From a bacterium (GTDB lineage: Bacteria > UBA8248), in assembly GCA_965213685.1 (NCBI GenBank), contig CBDBZY010000064.1:256001-320000 (forward strand): a stretch of 64,000 bases of DNA, given 5' to 3'. The stretch's first letter is position 1. Every line of letters begins with the position of its first letter. A program made the translations under genes and the position numbers. A model generated the notes under the pieces. The model was not told the origin of the DNA. It searched no databases and saw only the letters and a list, made by a program, of their open reading frames with translations. This document shows positions 22,260 through 41,070 of the stretch, one piece after another.

Positions 22260-23322
22260 AGATGCTCCACAGTTTGGAGTTGATAACGATGTAGTGTGAC
22301 TTCATTGACAAATTAATATGTGTCATGTGAGATTCCAAAGAATGAAAGCAAGTTGAAGGGAATAGTTTAACAGCACAAGCACTCCTCATATAATTGGTTT
22401 CCCTAACCACCTAGCAGTAGAACATTGATAACAACAGATGAAGTTGAAAGTGATCTTCTGCAATACAATGTCAGGAATTATGCATGAATGCGTATTCATC
22501 ACAAAGAGGGTTTTCCACTATTGTGTACTAATTACTATGTGTAGCCTGCTTACCTCATGAGTACAACAGTCATCAATAGAATTGCGCGTGTAGGAGGAGA
22601 AGGCCTAGCTTGGGTACGTGGCTATAGTATGTGCACACGCGTATGTACACAGACCCTAGACAAGGCAGGACACTAGACTATAGCCCACTTGAGTGGACTT
22701 AATGCTTGCATCATCTGTGCAGGCTGTTGTAGCATGCAATGCAACTCTGCCGAGGGTTTGCACTTTAGTGCTTTTCATTTCACACAGTAGATGCCGTGGC
22801 TTAATTGTTCACTGCACCCCGAGCAAATTCACAGTCGTCTGTTTCCTATCACATGACTGTCATGACTTCACTAGGGGCGGGGCTCTGTGTACAAGTAGTA
22901 GTGTACTAAGACGTAGGGCTATGCACCTCCTAGTAGCTTATAAGTTACAGTGTCATTTGATTGAAGTTAATAATAGTGGGTGTATGTACAATATAAACAT
23001 GCAAAAAGCCATATGACTTAGTACAAAAAGAGCATAGTTTCCCACTCCATACCAGGCATAAAGGGTGTAGAGCCATATGCATATGATGCACTGGCGCATG
23101 CATGACTGCATGTACATGTCTCAGTTATTATACATACTTGTCATGCAGCTACAGTATGTGGGAATATGATCACATACAATCATGCATGTATATACCAAAA
23201 AGTAAGTATGCATCTTGGTCGATTAGGTAGAAAAAAATGGTGTGTAGCTATTAAATGGATGATTACAATCTTCCAGGTAGTCATACTGTAATGATCAGAG
23301 TTCTTAATAGCTCTGTGTTCTC

Positions 23323-23550
23323 CTAATGGAGGGGCTGATAGTAAGCATGACTCCCTCCTGGATATAGGTAGAGGATTGAGGTAGTTATTTGGGGTTAGAT
23401 GTACTTGATTACAATGTAGTCATACCGTGAATAGGAAGGGAAGGTGAGAGCAGAAGAGACTCCCTTTCTTTACTGGCCCCCCTCCTGGTGTACATGTAGA
23501 TCCCTCCAATCACATTTAGCACAAAGCATGACACAATAGCAAGTATAGCT
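23323..23550 (-). CDS. Orphan exons 6-7 (TM end plus frameshift-type tail); possible alternative 3' end of copy C, or a remnant
   Basis: Exons 23550-23426 and 23357-23323 have intact splice sites and encode AILAIVSCFVLNVIGGIYMYTRRGASKERESLLLSPSLPIHGGSHAYYQPLH*. Confidence 0.65.
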
Positions 23551-23744
23551 CTGTAAGGGACATGCACAAATAACACAACCTTGCAACCTTGATGTGTACA
23601 CAGTTCCTTAGGTCACAAAACACAGAGTTTTTTGAAGAGGCTTGCTACATGTTGCTATTCGAGCATGCATTGCCTGAATACTGCCATAAGACTCTACTAT
23701 GTTTCTTTACTCTTTGGTAGTGCGATCCCTACATCCCTTCTTAT

Positions 23745-25797
23745 TATTGGGCGAGCGGGAGCGAACCCACCTAGTCGTTCCGCTGGAGCGGATTTCTATA
23801 TAATTACTTATCAGAGAGTCGGTAGACTCTCTATGTAGGGATGGCGCCGACACACCCATAGTGCGTGTACATAGGAAAGCCTTCTTAACTCGTGAACGCT
23901 CGCGTTCTAAGCCTTTCTGTGCCCTTAGCTATTCTATTCCAGTGGTTCTCTACCGAACAATACCCCCCAAGTAGCTAAAATGCATCCCTTGACTTACTAC
24001 CAGAAAACTCTCCAAAGGTCGTTTTGTCTTTCTTCCTATTCTTCTTCTTAAGAGATTTCTTTAGACTAATGTATCTCAAAACTGGCTGAAGTAATCACCG
24101 TAGTTCTTTCACGGATCCACTGTAATCACTACAAAGTACGATCTGCGCTAATAAAACTCTTAGTACGTTCCCAAATGGGCAGAAACTAGAAGTCCCCGAT
24201 AACTTCCCATATTTGGGAAACCATTTTGTAATAGCTATTGTCACTGGCGCAAACGGTAAGCACGTGAGGGCGGGCCTCGCAAAGCCACGCCTATCAATTA
24301 TAGGTTAGCGAGACGTAGCAAAGGGTGCTCATATCTGATGGCGCGTTCGAACAGCGCCTTACTTCACTATACTATTATGTAGCGGGGATGCATTGGCCAG
24401 TTAGATACAGTGAGGTACATATGTAGCTACTCTAGCTCAAGAATTTTTAGAGGGGCTCAGCCCCCAACTTCAGAAATGATGATGTTCAAACTCCTCCCTA
24501 CCCGCCTTAGCAATGGCTGTTATGACCACTGATTTGTTTGCTGGACTTTGAAAGAAGCTTCAGTGGCAAGAACAATACTGTTTATTGGTACCCTTGTGCA
24601 AAAAAAGGGGATGCAAACAAGTATGAAAAACGTTTTCAAAAAATGTATAGAGATGTAGGGATGGCTGTGCCAAAAACCACAGAAACTAGGTGTAGGGATG
24701 GCAGTGTGCAGGCAAGACATGTTATACAAAGACTACACAACTAATCCCATCCCTACATCTTTTTTTTTTTGGCTCAAAAATTGCTCTTCCCAGTAATCTC
24801 GTAGCATAACTCGCAGAATGATTTCAGATATAAAAAAGATGTAGGGATGGGGTTAGTTGTGTAGTCTTTGTATAACATGTCTTGCCTGCACACTGCCATC
24901 CCTACACCTAGTTTCTGTAGTTTTTGGCACGGCCATCCCTACATCTCTATACATTTTTTGAAAATGTTTTTCATACTTGTATATATTGATCTGGCGATGA
25001 GGCCTTTTTGTTCCCTGCGGGCCCCCGCGCTACGGGCAAACGTAAAGCCGGCTCAATCACATCCGGTTACTCGGGAGAGAGGGCAAACGGAGTGGGCTAG
25101 CTCTACGTGACACAACCAAGCCTTGGCTCGGGTATTGGACTCACGATTCGGACTACCCCTGTCCCTTACCTTGTCAATGCTCAGAGAGTAGCTACCGTTC
25201 GCTGCGTCGTTAAAACGAGCTGCAAGGGCTAGCTACTTTCAGGCCCAAGCTAAGAGTTCGTGTGACGAGGCAGGGCCAGGGCGTGGGGCAAGGGCTACTC
25301 ACGACTTGGACTACCCTGCTCCTTACCTCGTCAACGCTCAGAGGGCAGCTACCGTTGCTGTCATGGTCCACTTTGACAGCTACTCTGGCCCCACTTTCCC
25401 TGATGGCACTGTGCCCATCATTCCTCATCGCCGCTGCTGGTACCCCTCAGGAGGCCAGTGCTCACGTCTCCAGCTGCCCCTCAAGCTGGCATGGGCAGTC
25501 ACTATCCACAAGTCCAAGGGTCTCACGCTGAACAAGGTGGTCATCGATGTTGGCAAGAAGGAATTCTCACGTTTGTGGCCTGCTCTCAAGTTCGTGAGCT
25601 CCAAGACTGTGCACATGTGCAGCAAAAGTGTGTGTGTGCATGTTGGTTTGGGTGTGGTTGGATGTGCGTGTGGGTTCATGTCCCGTATTATCAGATTCTC
25701 TCAAACCATGCACATCATAAGCTGAAGCAACTCTGACACACATGAATGGGCATGCCTTGCTCCCGCTCACCCACAATGCTCAGCATTCCACTAGTTA
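23745..25797 (+). mobile_element. Helentron-like element with a PIF1 helicase fragment
   Basis: 5' TTGGGCGAGCGGGAGCG and 3' CTCCCGCTCACCCACAATGCTCAGCATTCCACTAGT (subTIR, hairpin, CTAG). 25350-25610 encodes RLQLPLKLAWAVTIHKSKGLTLNKVVIDVGKKEFS, the PIF1 motif V region. Confidence 0.75.
23810..24980 (+). mobile_element. ~1.2-kb repeat with a 5' AGAGAGTC..GACTCTCT hairpin and a large 3' palindrome, nested in the Helentron
   Basis: Same element as 32610-33799 and 33917-35183. The 3' palindrome spans 24619-24979. Confidence 0.7.
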
Positions 25798-26520
25798 AAA
25801 TCCTATTTGCACTTGTTTCACACTGCAAGAGCATTGCGTATAGTTGGGCGAGCGGAAGCGAGCCCACCTAGTCGTTCTGCTGGAGCAGATTTCTATATGT
25901 CATCCAGTGATGTAGCCTTTGGTCCTGGAGGGCCTCCGCGCAATGTGCAAACGTAAAGCCGACTCAATCACATCCAGTACCTGGCAAATGTTGTCTCTAG
26001 TGTGGGCCCCAAGCTAGCTAGCTCTTGCTGTGTGCAACGACGCAGTGAACGGTATAGCTCCGCTCTGAGCATTGACGAGGTAAGGGACAGGGGTAGTCCG
26101 AATTGTGAGTCGCAATACACTAGCCAAGGCTTGCTTGTAACACGTAGAAAGGTCCAGCTTACCATCTATGAGCTCACTCAGTCTGATTAAGCTTTACTGG
26201 TTGTGTGACGAAGCAGGGCTAGGGCTAGAATAGGGACTGCGATTAGTTTGTAGATATCGTACGACGTTGGCGTACATCGAAAGCTGTTTACTACATCTAT
26301 GATTCCACTTGATTCTAGCTGTGACTCTGAAGTGACTTGACTGTTGGTACATGCAGTGCATGTGCGTTCACACATCACTTTATGGCTTAGCAGACAATTT
26401 CTCCATAAGCATGGACATTAACCTTGTCTCCAAGAGACCAGTCTTAGGGTTTGTACATTACAACTAGTGATCCAAAATTGTACTTCAGCTGCTCTTGCAA
26501 ACGTTGCTACTTCCATTATG

Positions 26521-28375
<1,855 letters not shown>

Positions 28376-28378
28376 ATT

Positions 28379-28517
<139 letters not shown>

Positions 28518-28622
28518 GCTTCACAGTACAGAAACATGGAGGTGAGTGAAGCAAATGCATGAAGGATGAAAGACAGGTGTACTGTAGGTCCATTAGCACA
28601 AACTAATGGCCTTAAGTTATAA

Positions 28623-29800
28623 TTAAATAGTACATGCTGAAAACTTCAATGAAACTGGCAGATGGGAACATTTGGAACATGGACATAAAAAGTGATATGT
28701 ACATACATTGTCAGACATGAAGTGTTGCATGAAGTGATCCCAAAGAAATTGATGGATGTTCCTTTTTATGCTGGAAATAGATTGATTCATGTTTACAGGA
28801 GGTAGAGAGTTCCAAAGCCGAGGCACTCTGTTGAAATAGAAATGTTGTAAAGTTTTTGCTCTAGATAAAGAATGTTTCAGTTTGAAATAGGTAGAGGAAC
28901 GTGTGGAGTTAGAACTGAAAGTGACATGGTCTGAAATGTTGAAGGTGTTGGTAGGCTCTTTAAGGCATCGAACAAAAAAACATGTCATAGAGTTCCAGCT
29001 GCATCATTAGTGGCAACACTTGTAGGGCCACTAACCGAGATCTATAATCTGTTGATGGGTCACTTAAAATATAATTATTTGGTTGCACGTCTTTGAATCC
29101 TTTCAAGGGCCATTACATCCTTCAGGAAGTGTGGTCACCAAATTTGTGAACAGTATGTTAGTTGAGGGCGAATGAGGGATATATAAAGAGTCTTCTTTGT
29201 TTGAGGACAATGTCCACTGTTAAATGATCTTCGAATAAGACCTAGAGTTTTGTATGCCTTAGATAAAATATATTTTATGTGTTCACTCCAAGATAGTTCA
29301 CTAGACATGATTATGCCCAAGTCTTTCTGATTCTCTTGAACAGCGATATCATGGCCCTTGATATTATATCCATATATTATATGTGGATACCCAGAAGAAA
29401 ATCTGAGAAGAGCACATTTGCTTTTGTTGAAATTCAATTTCCAGTTCAAACTCCACAAAGACAAGTTATGTAAGTCTCTTTGCAAAGAGAGACAATCAGA
29501 GAAAATTTTCACAGGTAAGAGGCATTTCGTATCATCAGCAAAGAGAAATATACTCGAGGATGTAACTGACATAGGAAGATCATTCACAAATATGAGAAAT
29601 AGTAGTGGACCCAGAATACTTCCTTGAGGTACTCCAGACACTACAGGTAACAGGTCTGAGATGCAATGATTTAAAGTCACACATTGCATTCTAGAAGACA
29701 GGTAGCCTCTGAACCACTTCCAAAGACTTCCTGTGATGCCAAAGGACCACAATTTGACTAAGAGTTCACCATGTGCAACACTATCAAATGCTTTCTTGAA
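28623..29800 (-). mobile_element. 5'-truncated LINE ORF2 (RT) fragment
   Basis: KKAFDSV, GVPQGSILGPLLFLIFVNDLP, FLFADD, KDLG and RLWNSLP, with frameshifts. Confidence 0.9.
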
Positions 29801-29840
29801 GCATGTAGATGTATATAGACTATAGTGTATAAAGTAAACC

Positions 29841-30180
29841 AATTGGCTCGCTCCTGCTCGCCCACAATGCTGGGCATTCTACTAGTAGAAGTACGGTGGC
29901 TGCATGCAAGACTTAGGGAATTACATCATGCACAATGTTACGTGGTACAGTACTAGTGCAATGGCGTCCAACATTTGTACGATGTTGGAACTCCAGCCTC
30001 CACTGAGTCGAATTGGCTCGCTCCTGCTCGCCCACAATGCTGGGCATTCTACTAGTAGAAGTACAGTGGCTGCATGCAAGACTTACAGAATTACATCACG
30101 CACAATGTCACGTGGTACAGTACTAGTGCAATGGTGTCCAACATTTCTACGGTGTTGGAACTCCAGCCTCCACTGAGTTG
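29841..30180. repeat. 170-bp tandem duplication containing a Helentron 3' terminus
   Basis: aattggctcgctcctgctcgcccacaatgctgggcattctactagtagaagtac occurs at 29841 and 30011. Confidence 0.85.
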
Positions 30181-30807
30181 AATCGCAACGGTACGAACAT
30201 TCTGGTAGTAAAAAGCACTGCACACACAAGATTGCGTGCAAAAGCCACAGTGATAGCTTTAGCCAGTAGTGACGTAGGCGGTTTGAAAAAATCTCTTAAA
30301 GAAGACGAAGAAGAAGAAGAAGAAGAAAGATGAACAAATCTAAGGTTTAGCCGTTTTCTGGCAGTAAGTATAGCAATGTGTTTTAGCCACTTAGGGGATA
30401 TCGTTTGGTAGAAAACGTCGGAATAGGATAGCTAAGTGCCCAGAAAGGCTTAGAACATGAGTGTTCGCGAGTTTAGAAGGCTTTTGTATGTACGTGCACT
30501 ATGGACGTGTTGGTGCCATCCCTACACATAGAGTCTACCGACTCTCTGATTATGGTCTGCCATATATTGGCCTGGGCCTAGGAATGCACACGAGACGTTT
30601 GGAGTCGTCATAAATGCACTATTGATATGAGTGCAGATGATGACTTCGTGTCATGGTCCTTTACAATTGGCTTGTTGAGCATTATATGGACCAGATGGAC
30701 TACCACACAAGAACCTGTGACATACTGATGTCATAACTGTAATACCAGGAGGTTAAAAGTGCTGCCAGTGCTTGTATGCTCCTAAGAATACCTGAATTGT
30801 ATTCATC

Positions 30808-33800
30808 TTAATTTGAGTCATAACAGCTACAGACGTCACACCAATAAATAAGACCAATAATTATAATACAACACTTGCTCCATCTCTGCATTGGACTTGA
30901 TGACGAGTAATAGGATTTGTTCCAAATACAGAAAAAGGAAGCTATTGGTGAAAGACAGCTGTATATTAGTAACTTATGGGAAATATTAATGAAAGGGTTA
31001 ATTGAACACAACTGTCCAGGAATGTTCAATTCTGATTTGTATTCAGCACACTTGCTTAAATATCAGGGCTTGAATGTAGCTTTCACACAAATTTACTTCT
31101 GTTTCCACCAAGTATTATCTTTTATATGTGCACACATTAAATAATGAGATCACTTACAGGACAATTATTACCAGACCTATGGGAAATGCTATGGTTCCTC
31201 CACTTCCACTTCCACTTCCACCTCCTCCATATGGAGCTACTCCTTTGCCATTTACCTCAAAGTACTGCGTGTAAAGGAGGAAGAGAAAGAAGACAAGATG
31301 AAAATGGGATTAAAGTATGAAATAGGGTTTTACACGTTTGTAATGTGTCATACACGAATACTTCCACAGCTACGTAGAAGAAAGGTACACAGTGTGTACA
31401 AAGGTACATAGGGTCATTTCATCTCCAACATCAATGACAGATATTGTGGAGTTTGTACACATACATAAAGCAGTGTCTTTTCATCTTCCCTTTCATACTT
31501 AAATGTAGTAGTAGCATCTGCTTGTCTTGTAAAGGTCACTTTTGTTTCTCTGGAAAGATGGTGAAATCACAATCAAGAGTACATTTACTTTGCAACTCAA
31601 CCAGAGTCATCTCAACATAAGTAAGCATTGTTGTATAGGAAGGCAGGAAAGCCAGGGAGTTAGGACAGAGCAAAAAAAGCATCATTTAAGTGTGTGATAG
31701 TAATTTACTTTAATTAGGCTAACATATGAGACACACCTATTGCCATCTCCATCTTTATACATGATTTCAAACTTCAGAGAACTGGAACTAGAATCGATGA
31801 TGGTCCAATTCATGTTTGTGGTTCGGCCCAGTGAGAATGATCTTTTTTGGCTCGGAATATCCTGGCAAGCCTATGTAAAAATATACTCTGATGGGCAAGT
31901 ATAAACATGTATACATATACTAAGAATACTGATTCTTTATGACATCGTGTATACTGCATTTTCATTCAAAGGGATCTGTATATACATTGTTGTACTGCTT
32001 GAGCTCTGGTGTAGATGATCATGTTCATTATACTTTCATTTCAATCTAAGACTTGAGTGCTGCATTATGACATCTTGTCTCCACACAGGTAGACACTTGT
32101 ACAGATCAGTTAGTGGTCATGGACTGCCTAGTAAGCATATGTACAGTAATTCCAGTGTTTATGCTCAAATTATCATGTTTCAGTACACTTTCTCAGTGAG
32201 CATGCAATATGATCCACAAGCACATACATAAGCAAGTACAATGAAGACAGGTAATACGCATGATTGTTTACACAGAACTTACGACGCTGGGATCACCAGT
32301 ACTGCCTTCACATACTGCAGGCTTGCATGGCATGTATAAATATTCATATTTGCCCTCTGAGCCTGTAGATTTAGCACTACATGGAATATGAAAATGAAAA
32401 AAGATGACAGTTAATGTTGTAACAAACATCTAAAGGTTGAAGATGTGCTATAATGCCAGTACTGCTGCCCAAAAATGTATAGCCAGGCTATCTTATACAA
32501 TGACACATAATTATATTGAATTTGAAGGGTGGGCACCTAGCACAAGCTAAACTCTGTAGGTAAAAAAATACAATCTTTTTTGTGAGTCATCTTGTACCCT
32601 TGTACCCTTATCAGAGAGTCGGTAGACTCTCTATGTAGGGATGGCGCCGACACTCCCATAGTGCGCGTACATTGGAAAGCCTTCTTAACTCGCGAATACT
32701 CGCGTTTTAAGCCTTTCTCGGCACGCGAATGGCCTATTCGACCGCTTCTCTACCCAACGATACCCCACAAGTAGCTAGAATGCATTCCTTGACTTACTGC
32801 CAGATAATGGACGAAAGGTGATTTTGTTTTTCTTTCTTATTCTTCTTCTTCTTCTTTTCTTACGAGATTTCTTTCAAACGACTTTACTCGAAAGTGGCTG
32901 AAGTAATCACCATAGTTCTTTCACAGATCTACTGTAATCACTACGAAGTATGATCTCTGCTAACAAAATGTTAGTATCTTCTCTACTATGGGCAGAATCT
33001 AGAACCCCAGACAACTTTACCATATTTGGAAGCCATTTTCTAATAATTATTGTCACGTGGCGCAAATTGTAAGCACGTGAGGGCGGGCCTCGTGAAGCCA
33101 CGCCTATTAATTTCTCGATGGCCAAGGCTACTCGTCTTTTGTCACTGAAAAGAGCGCGTTCTTACTTCGCCGTACGATTGTACAACGAACGTTAATGTAA
33201 CTGGTATGAGTTAGCTACTCAGATACACTGAGGAAACTACTCTAGCTCAGGACTTTTTAGAGGGGCTCAGCCAGGCTCCCAACTTCGTAAGTGACAGAAC
33301 ATGAGGTTTACCCACTCGTATCTCCGCCGCTGACTAGTAGCAATGGCTGCTCTGATCACTGATATGTTTGTTGGATTTTGAATGAAACTTGTAAGAACAT
33401 TTTGTGTACTATTGTACAAGAAAAAGTATACAAACAAGTATGAAAAACATTTTCCAAAAATGTAGAGGGATGTAGGGATGGCAGTGCCAAAAACCACAGA
33501 AACTAGGTGTAGAGATGGCAGTGTACAGGCAAGACAGGATATAAAAAGACTACACAAGCAACCCCATCCCTACATCTTTCTTTTTTCTCACCGCATGGCA
33601 TTGATTTTCCCAGAATTGTCATAGCTAAACTCACAGAACAATTTCAAGGAAAAAGAAAGATGTAGGGATGGGGTTGCTTGTGTAGTCTTTTTATATCCTG
33701 TCTTGCCTGTACACTGCCATCTCTACACCTAGTTTCTGTGGTTTTTGGCACTGCCATCCCTACATCCCTCTACATTTTTGGAAAATGTTTTTCATACTTT

Positions 33801-36333
33801 GGACACTGTGTTGAACAGATAGAAACATATTCTTATAGATTTTCCTCTCTCTATAATTATACAGCAAACCATTTGTATAGCTTTTGAGCAACAGAGAAAA
33901 CTATGCATATATATTTTATCAGAGAGTCGGTAGACTCTTTATGTAGGGATGGCGCCGGTCCACCCATAGTGTGCGTACATTGGAAATCCGTCTTAACTCG
34001 TGAACGCTCGCGTTCTAAGCCTTTCTGGGCACCCAGCTATCCTATTCCGACGTTTCTCTACCCAATGATACCCCCCAGATAGCTAAAAAGCATCCCTAGA
34101 CTTACTGCCAGGAAACGGGCGAAGTGGTGATTTCTTTTTCTTTCTGATTCTTCTTCTTCTTCTTCTTCTTAAGAGATTTCTTTCAAACGACTTTTCTCGA
34201 AACTGGCAGAAGTAATCACCGTAGTTCTTTACAGATCAACTGTAATCACTACCGCGTATGATCTGCCTTAACGGCATCTTAGCATCTTCTCAAATGAGCA
34301 GAAACTAAACGCACTGGACAACATGCCCATATTTGGAAGCCATTTTCTAATAATTGTCATGTGACACAGATTGCAAGCACGTGAGGCCTGGCCTCGTGCG
34401 CCATGTGCAATCACACGAAGCCACGCCCTAGTAATTCCTCCAAGCAAAGCTACTCATGATAGCGGCCGAGTGGCCTGTGTTTCAGCCGTATCTTACTTCA
34501 CTGTTGTTTCAGAGTCGGTAAACTGCTCGTGTAGGATTGGCACCGACGCACCAATTGCGCGTGTAAACTTACATACAAAAATGTTCTTTATAACTAGCGG
34601 ATGCTCGTGTTAGGCTTTTCAAGCCCCTTTGAACGCTAAGCAGCGTTGTGCATCTTTCTACCAAACGATACAGCGCCCCCAAGAATCAAAGTTGCATCAC
34701 TGAGCTTCGCTTCCGAGTATGATCCCAAGAAACATACTTAGCCTTGCAAGCCAGCCGTATTTTTCCGTGCACGGAGGAAGGTGTTGGTGCTTAACTTAGA
34801 GAAGGACAACCTCCTGTATAGTACTGTAGTATAGCAAAAAATGCATGCAAACAAGTATGAAAAACATTTTCCAAAAATGTAGAAGGATGTAGGGATGGCA
34901 GTGCCAAAAACCACACAAACTAGATATATGGATGGCAGTGTGCAGAGGACTACACAAGTAACCCCATCCCTACATCTTTTTTTTTAATAGAATATGTATC
35001 TAAACTTTGCTGTGAGATTACTGGAAACATCTTTGTGCAGAAAACAAAGAAGAAAAAAAGATGTAGGGATGGGGTTACTTGTGTAGTCCTCTGCACACTG
35101 CCATCCATATATCTAGTTTGTGTGGTTTTTGGCACTGCCATCCCTATATCCTTCTACATTTTTGGAAAATGTTTTTCATACTTTAATTATAAAGGCTGGC
35201 TAGTCTACACTTGTCACCTGCATGTATGCAGCAATGGGGCTACTGAGGTAAAAGGAAACCTTTAGACAAAAGTGTGTAATGTTTACTGTTGGTCATCCGA
35301 AAGCTCGAGATAAGTTTTTGATAATATACTGCTGCCAATTGCTATCTGCTATATGCACGCAAGCATGCCCCCCAAGTGGACCTCAAAGAGACTGAGAGGA
35401 TACCTGCCCGAGTCGCAGGAGAGGGTCGAGGTTGGGAGCACTGATGAGGAGGCTTCGCCTCCTTAGGGGGCGTCGCCCTCACCTGGCTCCGCCAGGGTTG
35501 ACTTGGTGTACAAAGTCACCTGGTAGGTCCAGGCAACTAAAAAGGAATAAGGGTGGAGTAATCACATGCAGACCAAAGACAAAGTGAACTAAGCACACAG
35601 GTATTCATCAGAGAAATCTAAGACCTGGCAATAGTTGAGTCCCAGCTACAGTGAATTTTATAACTCAGATTGGAAACTCACTTCAGAGGAAGCCAGTGGT
35701 TCCCAAGAGATTCTCTTTGTTCAACCTCATGGCACCATACATGCACCTTTTAGTGGTATATACATTCTAGCTCGTAGACTATTTTAGTTCTCTTGATGGG
35801 TCACTCTAAACCATGCACCAACACTCAACGGCATCTGTAACATAACACCATTGTGTGTAAGAACTGTTCACTACTGGAAAGTGTAGTTGTTGTTATTAGT
35901 ATTGTCACCTACTCTAGTTACGTGCGCATGCCTGAGTTAATGAAACACCTATATATAGTCAGCACCCCACCCACTTTCAATAGAAGCGACGTCTGAGAAG
36001 TGTATTAGTACTCTGACCAGCTACAACAGTAACTACCACGGCGCGAACGAAGTTAGCTGCGCGTAAGGCTGAATTCTGTCGCGTTCAGCGCACGGGTAGC
36101 GTCGTGGTATATACATGTAGTAGTTTTCTGAGGTTCCTTAGTGGCTAGGTACATGCATGCATGTATACACAGACTTACGGGTATGAAAGGCCGATGTGGT
36201 TGAGATTAATGGTCAGCTTGTTGTCACTAGTTGTACAGCTGCAGTGGTCAGAAGATACATGGCATTGCTCGGCGCTCCTCACTAACGCTAGTCCTGCCAG
36301 AGCCAGTACTAAACACGCCCAGCGATTATCCAT
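30808..36333 (-). CDS. MRH receptor copy C (~241 aa) with a non-homologous Cys-rich terminal exon
   Basis: Exons 36333-36179 (MDNRWACLVLAL...LSYP), 32376-32283, 31870-31737 (ACQDIPSQKRSFSLGR...YKDGDGNR), 31549-31465, 31264-31158 and putative 30958-30808 (CLSPIASFFCIWNKSYYSSSSPMQRWSKCCIIIIGLIYWCDVCSCYDSN*). Phases are compatible; the last exon is less certain. Confidence 0.75.
32610..33799 (+). mobile_element. ~1.2-kb hairpin-terminated repeat (HINE-like) in intron 1 of copy C
   Basis: 5' atcagagagtcggtagactctctatgtagggatggc, internal (TTC)n, and a palindrome 33436-33799 with ~150-bp arms. Confidence 0.75.
33917..35183 (+). mobile_element. Second, diverged copy of the hairpin-terminated repeat
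   Basis: Same 5' end; 3' palindrome ~34854-35183. Confidence 0.72.
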
Positions 36334-37338
36334 AGCGTTTGGAAAACACAGAAAAGGAGGGTCTTGCTAGGGTTCTTTGTGTCTATGCTGCTAAATAAGA
36401 GTCATGTGATTTGGTCTACACGCGCATGCCCACGCAGATATTGAACTTTCTACTGGCATTGTTGCAGCTACACGTGTGCACGTGGCAGCTACTGAGTCGT
36501 TTCCTATCTGTCATGGTGGGATGGGTAGCCCCTTCAGCACATGTTGCCGACAGCTACAAGTCAGGTGGAGGACAAGGAGCTGCAGGAACACTGCCTGAAC
36601 GCCGTTTGTTTTTGTATGTCCGGTTGATTTATGTTTTGTAATTATCGCGCATACCCCACGGGTCAGTCGCTACATGAACTATAGGTTTTTTTTTGTATTG
36701 TATACCACCATCTGCATTCTTTATCTCCCTTCATCCCCTCTCACTGGGGGCTAGTATTCACAAGTAAATTAAAAAATTGAAATTTCGAAGGGGATATAGG
36801 GATTGCATAAAAAGAATGGAGACAAGACCTGGATGTAGAGTACATGCTATTATTGTAACTAGTTGTCATGGGAACGACGACAATTTGTGAAACACCTTAT
36901 ATAGTATTTTCCCACGATTTTTAAGGTACAGTTAACATTTTGCATACTCTTAACTTGGATACCACTAGAAGTCAGATTGCTTCCATAGTGAAAGTGAAAA
37001 TTGCAAATTTCAAATGTACAGGTTTGATGCTGAGGACCCTGGCCAATCCCTATATACACCTACTACCATAGGTGTGATAAACTTTTGGGTCACATCTCAC
37101 CCTATGTCCATCCATCGGCGAATGAATGAGCTTAACACCTGAGTTGCAAGTAGTACCTTGCAAATTTCGCCCACTTTTCACAAGGCCACAATTTACGTGC
37201 ATCAGTCACAGCTCTATAGTCCCAAGTCACGTCTCCCATGCACGTGCAAAAATCACGTATGTAGCTCACAAGTAACAGAAACATATTACACTCAAATAAT
37301 AGCAACAATGAATGCTATTGTGAGATGTCATGTTTTAG

Positions 37339-40350
<3,012 letters not shown>

Positions 40351-41070
40351 TGCATGCATTTTAAGCTCTACAAAGAGGAGAGTGAGTGACTACATGGAAG
40401 AGCTTCGTCCTCTACTGCAAAAATTCACCCTATAAAGGGGACACTACTTAGCTTAGAGATGGAGATGTTAACACTACAGTTCAATCTGCGTGTCAGGTAA
40501 GGGTCAGCGCTCAGTGCTTTAATGCAAGAAGGTGTATGGTCACATTGAGTTTGCATGTAAGGATGTCTGAGCAGATGGATAGGTAAGGTGTCACTGCACA
40601 TCAGGCTCATCTCTACCAGTGGTAAAAGAATGCTCTCTCTCTTCTTCTGTTTCTATCTCCTGCTCTCCTTAGCCACTTCCATTTCCCTTCCTGCATTTTC
40701 TCTTATTTCCTCTCTTTTTTCCTTCCCTATTCTGCACCCCTGACCTCCCCTCCTTTCTCATTCTCTCATTCTCTTTTCACTTCTTTTTGCCACTCTTCTG
40801 CTCGCTTGTTTCTTCCCTTCTCCTATGCACTTTCTTAGTAATGTCTTTCCCCCTCATGGAAGGTATATGTGGTATATCTTCTATGCTACACTGGCACATA
40901 CTTGCTCAGAAAATATGTGTTAAGGTACTTGTCATGCTGTCACAGTATGTGAAAATAATTTGATCAATTTTTGAATTTTCTCCATCCTCTATGCAGCATA
41001 GAACAGTATTGGTATGTTGCTATCCATTTGGTGACAGCAATGTATCGAATAGTCATACTGTACTGGTACA

